The translations under genes were made by a program, and so were the position numbers. From contig CP154954.1 of NCBI GenBank assembly GCA_039621445.1, forward strand, positions 48,277,847-48,341,846: a DNA stretch of 64,000 nt, read 5' to 3'. Positions 61,965 to 64,000 of this stretch are shown piece after piece. This DNA comes from Euglena gracilis (Eukaryota). Positions within the stretch are counted from its first letter, which is position 1. Each line of letters opens with the position of its first letter. The notes beneath the pieces are model-generated. The model did no database searches. It was given only the letters and a program-made list of their open reading frames with translations, and was not told the origin of the DNA.

Positions 61965-63625
61965 TTCTGAGGCGTGCATTGGCGGACCTGCCGGCCACAC
62001 ACCTCGGGCTCCTGCTTCTCCAGGAGTCCCCACACGAACCGGAGGAGACTGATGGCCAGCTTGATGCCGCACATCACGAGGTCCAGCAGGAGCGTGAAGA
62101 GGATGAAGTAGGCCACCATCCGCCAGATGCCGTCTGTGCGAGGCGGAGAGAATAGTGCAGAGAATCTCACACACAGAGAAAATGGCATAGCAGAGGTGAT
62201 CGCATCCGTCCATCCGAAGAATGGACTGATGTCGAGAAAATTGGCTCTGTGCACAGATTGGAAAAATATATGCATTTTGCAAATATTTTAAACATATCTA
62301 AAACCATTGCATAAATATACAAAAACATATGCATATTATTTATCGTTGACCTTATTCAATTTATTGAATTTACTAACATTGCACATGTATTTATATTTTT
62401 ATAAATAGTTCAAAAATAAATGCCTGCAGGGACTGGCAAACTGATTTTATGGCCAATATCTTGAGTTTGACGCTGATAACCAAATAATGACTGCCCTCAA
62501 GCCATAAAATAAACCCTGAGTTCATCATTTATCATTTAATTGTTTATTCCACGTTGCTTTCAAAAACTTATACCCACCACTGCAACCACTGCAAAAGACC
62601 GCATTATTGGCACACATTATTGGCAAACAGGCTCCTTTGACCCCCGTTTGTCTGGCCTCAGAAGCATAACGTGGACAAGACCAAGCCCACACGAGGCGTC
62701 GCACGAAAGTGCAGGCAGGAGGGCGGCACACACTGGGGCTGCCCATGTCCACGTCTGGCAGCCACGCCGGCAGCCACGACGTCCCGTCCTTGATCTTGAC
62801 GCAGTAGTGGCTGTTCGCCGCGACACAGCACTCCCGCTGCTTCGGGTGGCACGTCCACGTGGCCTTGAAATCTGGAGGGGGGCAGCGCGACTGAGCGCCT
62901 TCCAGACGTTGCTGGCCGGGGAATCCACATATGGCAAGCAAAAAACGGTTTGAAAATGAGAGACGACACAAAGGTACCATCCAAGCATGAAATAGAAGAT
63001 GCACATACCCCACATCAGCAGAAGCTTTGAGGGGTCTGTTTGAGTTTTCGGTCCCATTGTATTAATGGGGAAGACATGAAGATGCACAAAAAAGCTATCG
63101 TTCGTCTCCCTCGTGCTGGACTTTTGAAACTTCAACGACATCGAGTGTTGTCCCCTCCCATCCGGGAAAAAACTGCACGTTCCAGTTTTCAAAACCCCCC
63201 AAAAGACCCTCCATCATTTTTTTCTGCCGGTGCAGGCAGGGGGGGGGGCGTGCGCCACACTTTCGTTGGCGTGGTCCGGGCACGTCAGCAGCTGCAGCCC
63301 GCCGCCCACCGGGCCCGGGGGGAGGCCGAGGCACTTCTGGAACAGCTTGAACCAGGCTGTTTTTTTACCAACCCCGGGGGGGGGGGGGCGGTTTCCGGAG
63401 TGCCTATGAGTGCCTGCCCAGACAGGCACCCCCCCCCCCCGGGGTGGGGTCGGCACCCGAGTAAAATACGGCCTGGCTTGAACGCGCCGAGGGTCGGAGA
63501 GTAATAGAACTGCTGGGCGGCGGTCTTGCTGCAGGACTTCGGGGCGACGTTGACGCGGTTCGGCAGGGCCTCCAGGCAGGCGGTGGAGGTGCCCTTCAGG
63601 TACTGCAGCAGGTACGGCCCTGGGT
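61965..63625 (-). CDS. Cys-rich extracellular domain followed by a TM helix; multi-exon, continues toward the window end
   Basis: PYLLQYLKGTSTACLEALPNRVNVAPKSCSKTAAQQFYYSPTLGAF|KLFQKCLGL...TCPDH; WTCHPKQRECCVAANSHYCVKIKDGTSWLPAWLPDVD|ITDGIWRMVAYFILFTLLLDLVMCGIKLAISLL. Confidence 0.7.
63353..63475. mobile_element. 123-bp MITE inserted in an exon (relatives at ~18352-18570 and ~47790-48070)
   Basis: TIR CAGGCTGTTTTTTAC / GTAAAATACGGCCTG; perfect TSD GCTTGAAC. Confidence 0.92.
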
Positions 63626-63909
63626 TTGGAGGGGGGGGGGGCGTGGGGCGGTGGGGCCGGATTGTGTGCAGGGCCCACGGCCATTGTCCATTACTGATGG
63701 TCGGTGTGAGCGAGAGGACACAATGCGAGGTGGGCGGGTGGGCGGGGCGAAGCCATAGCGGTTGCTGAGTCGGGGGCGGTGTTCACCTTTTGTCCAGGCT
63801 GCCGCTGTACCGTGCCGTGACCCCACGGCACCGTGGGGGGGGGGGCAGGCACACCCTGGTCGGAGCGCGGGGTGGGGCTCGGCTGCGCCGCTGCCAGATC
63901 ACACAGCAG

Positions 63910-64000
63910 CAGGGATGGATGGGAAGCCTTGAGGGGGGGGGGGGGGGCGGACCCCCCCCCTCCTACCTCGAAACTGAGGGGGGGGGGGCGAAAATTTTTC
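63910..64000. mobile_element. MITE copy (same family as 9145-10061), truncated by the window end
   Basis: CAGGGATGGATGGGAAGCCTTGAGGG...ACCTCGAAACT matches 9145-9262. Confidence 0.8.

Overview
Eukaryotic genomic DNA, almost certainly from a euglenid (Euglena-like). The long ORFs in the supplied track are mostly artefacts of GC-rich repeats and microsatellites. The real genes all lie on the minus strand, as short GC3-rich exons. They are: a receptor-type class III adenylyl cyclase (~4.3-19.2 kb); a Pro-rich/EF-hand/C2/metacaspase gene with an apparently substituted catalytic Cys (22.8-~31 kb, possibly to 40.9 kb); an uncharacterised gene or N-terminal part (36-40.9 kb); a multi-pass membrane protein with two homologous modules (44.9-57.1 kb); and a Cys-rich ectodomain+TM segment (62-63.6 kb). 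Most introns are euglenid non-conventional introns (no GT-AG; 5'-N3-CAG...CTG-N5|exon with paired ends), mixed with a few GT-AG introns. The window also carries many MITEs with CAG...CTG terminal inverted repeats and 8-bp target-site duplications (hAT-like). Two intact MITEs (63353-63475, 11548-11810) sit inside open exonic frames. In both, element plus one 8-bp TSD (3 nt + 5 nt) exactly matches the non-conventional intron consensus and its removal restores the frame, so they look like transposons caught becoming non-conventional introns. Splice junctions were reconstructed by eye, and coordinates next to G/C homopolymers may be off by a few nt.
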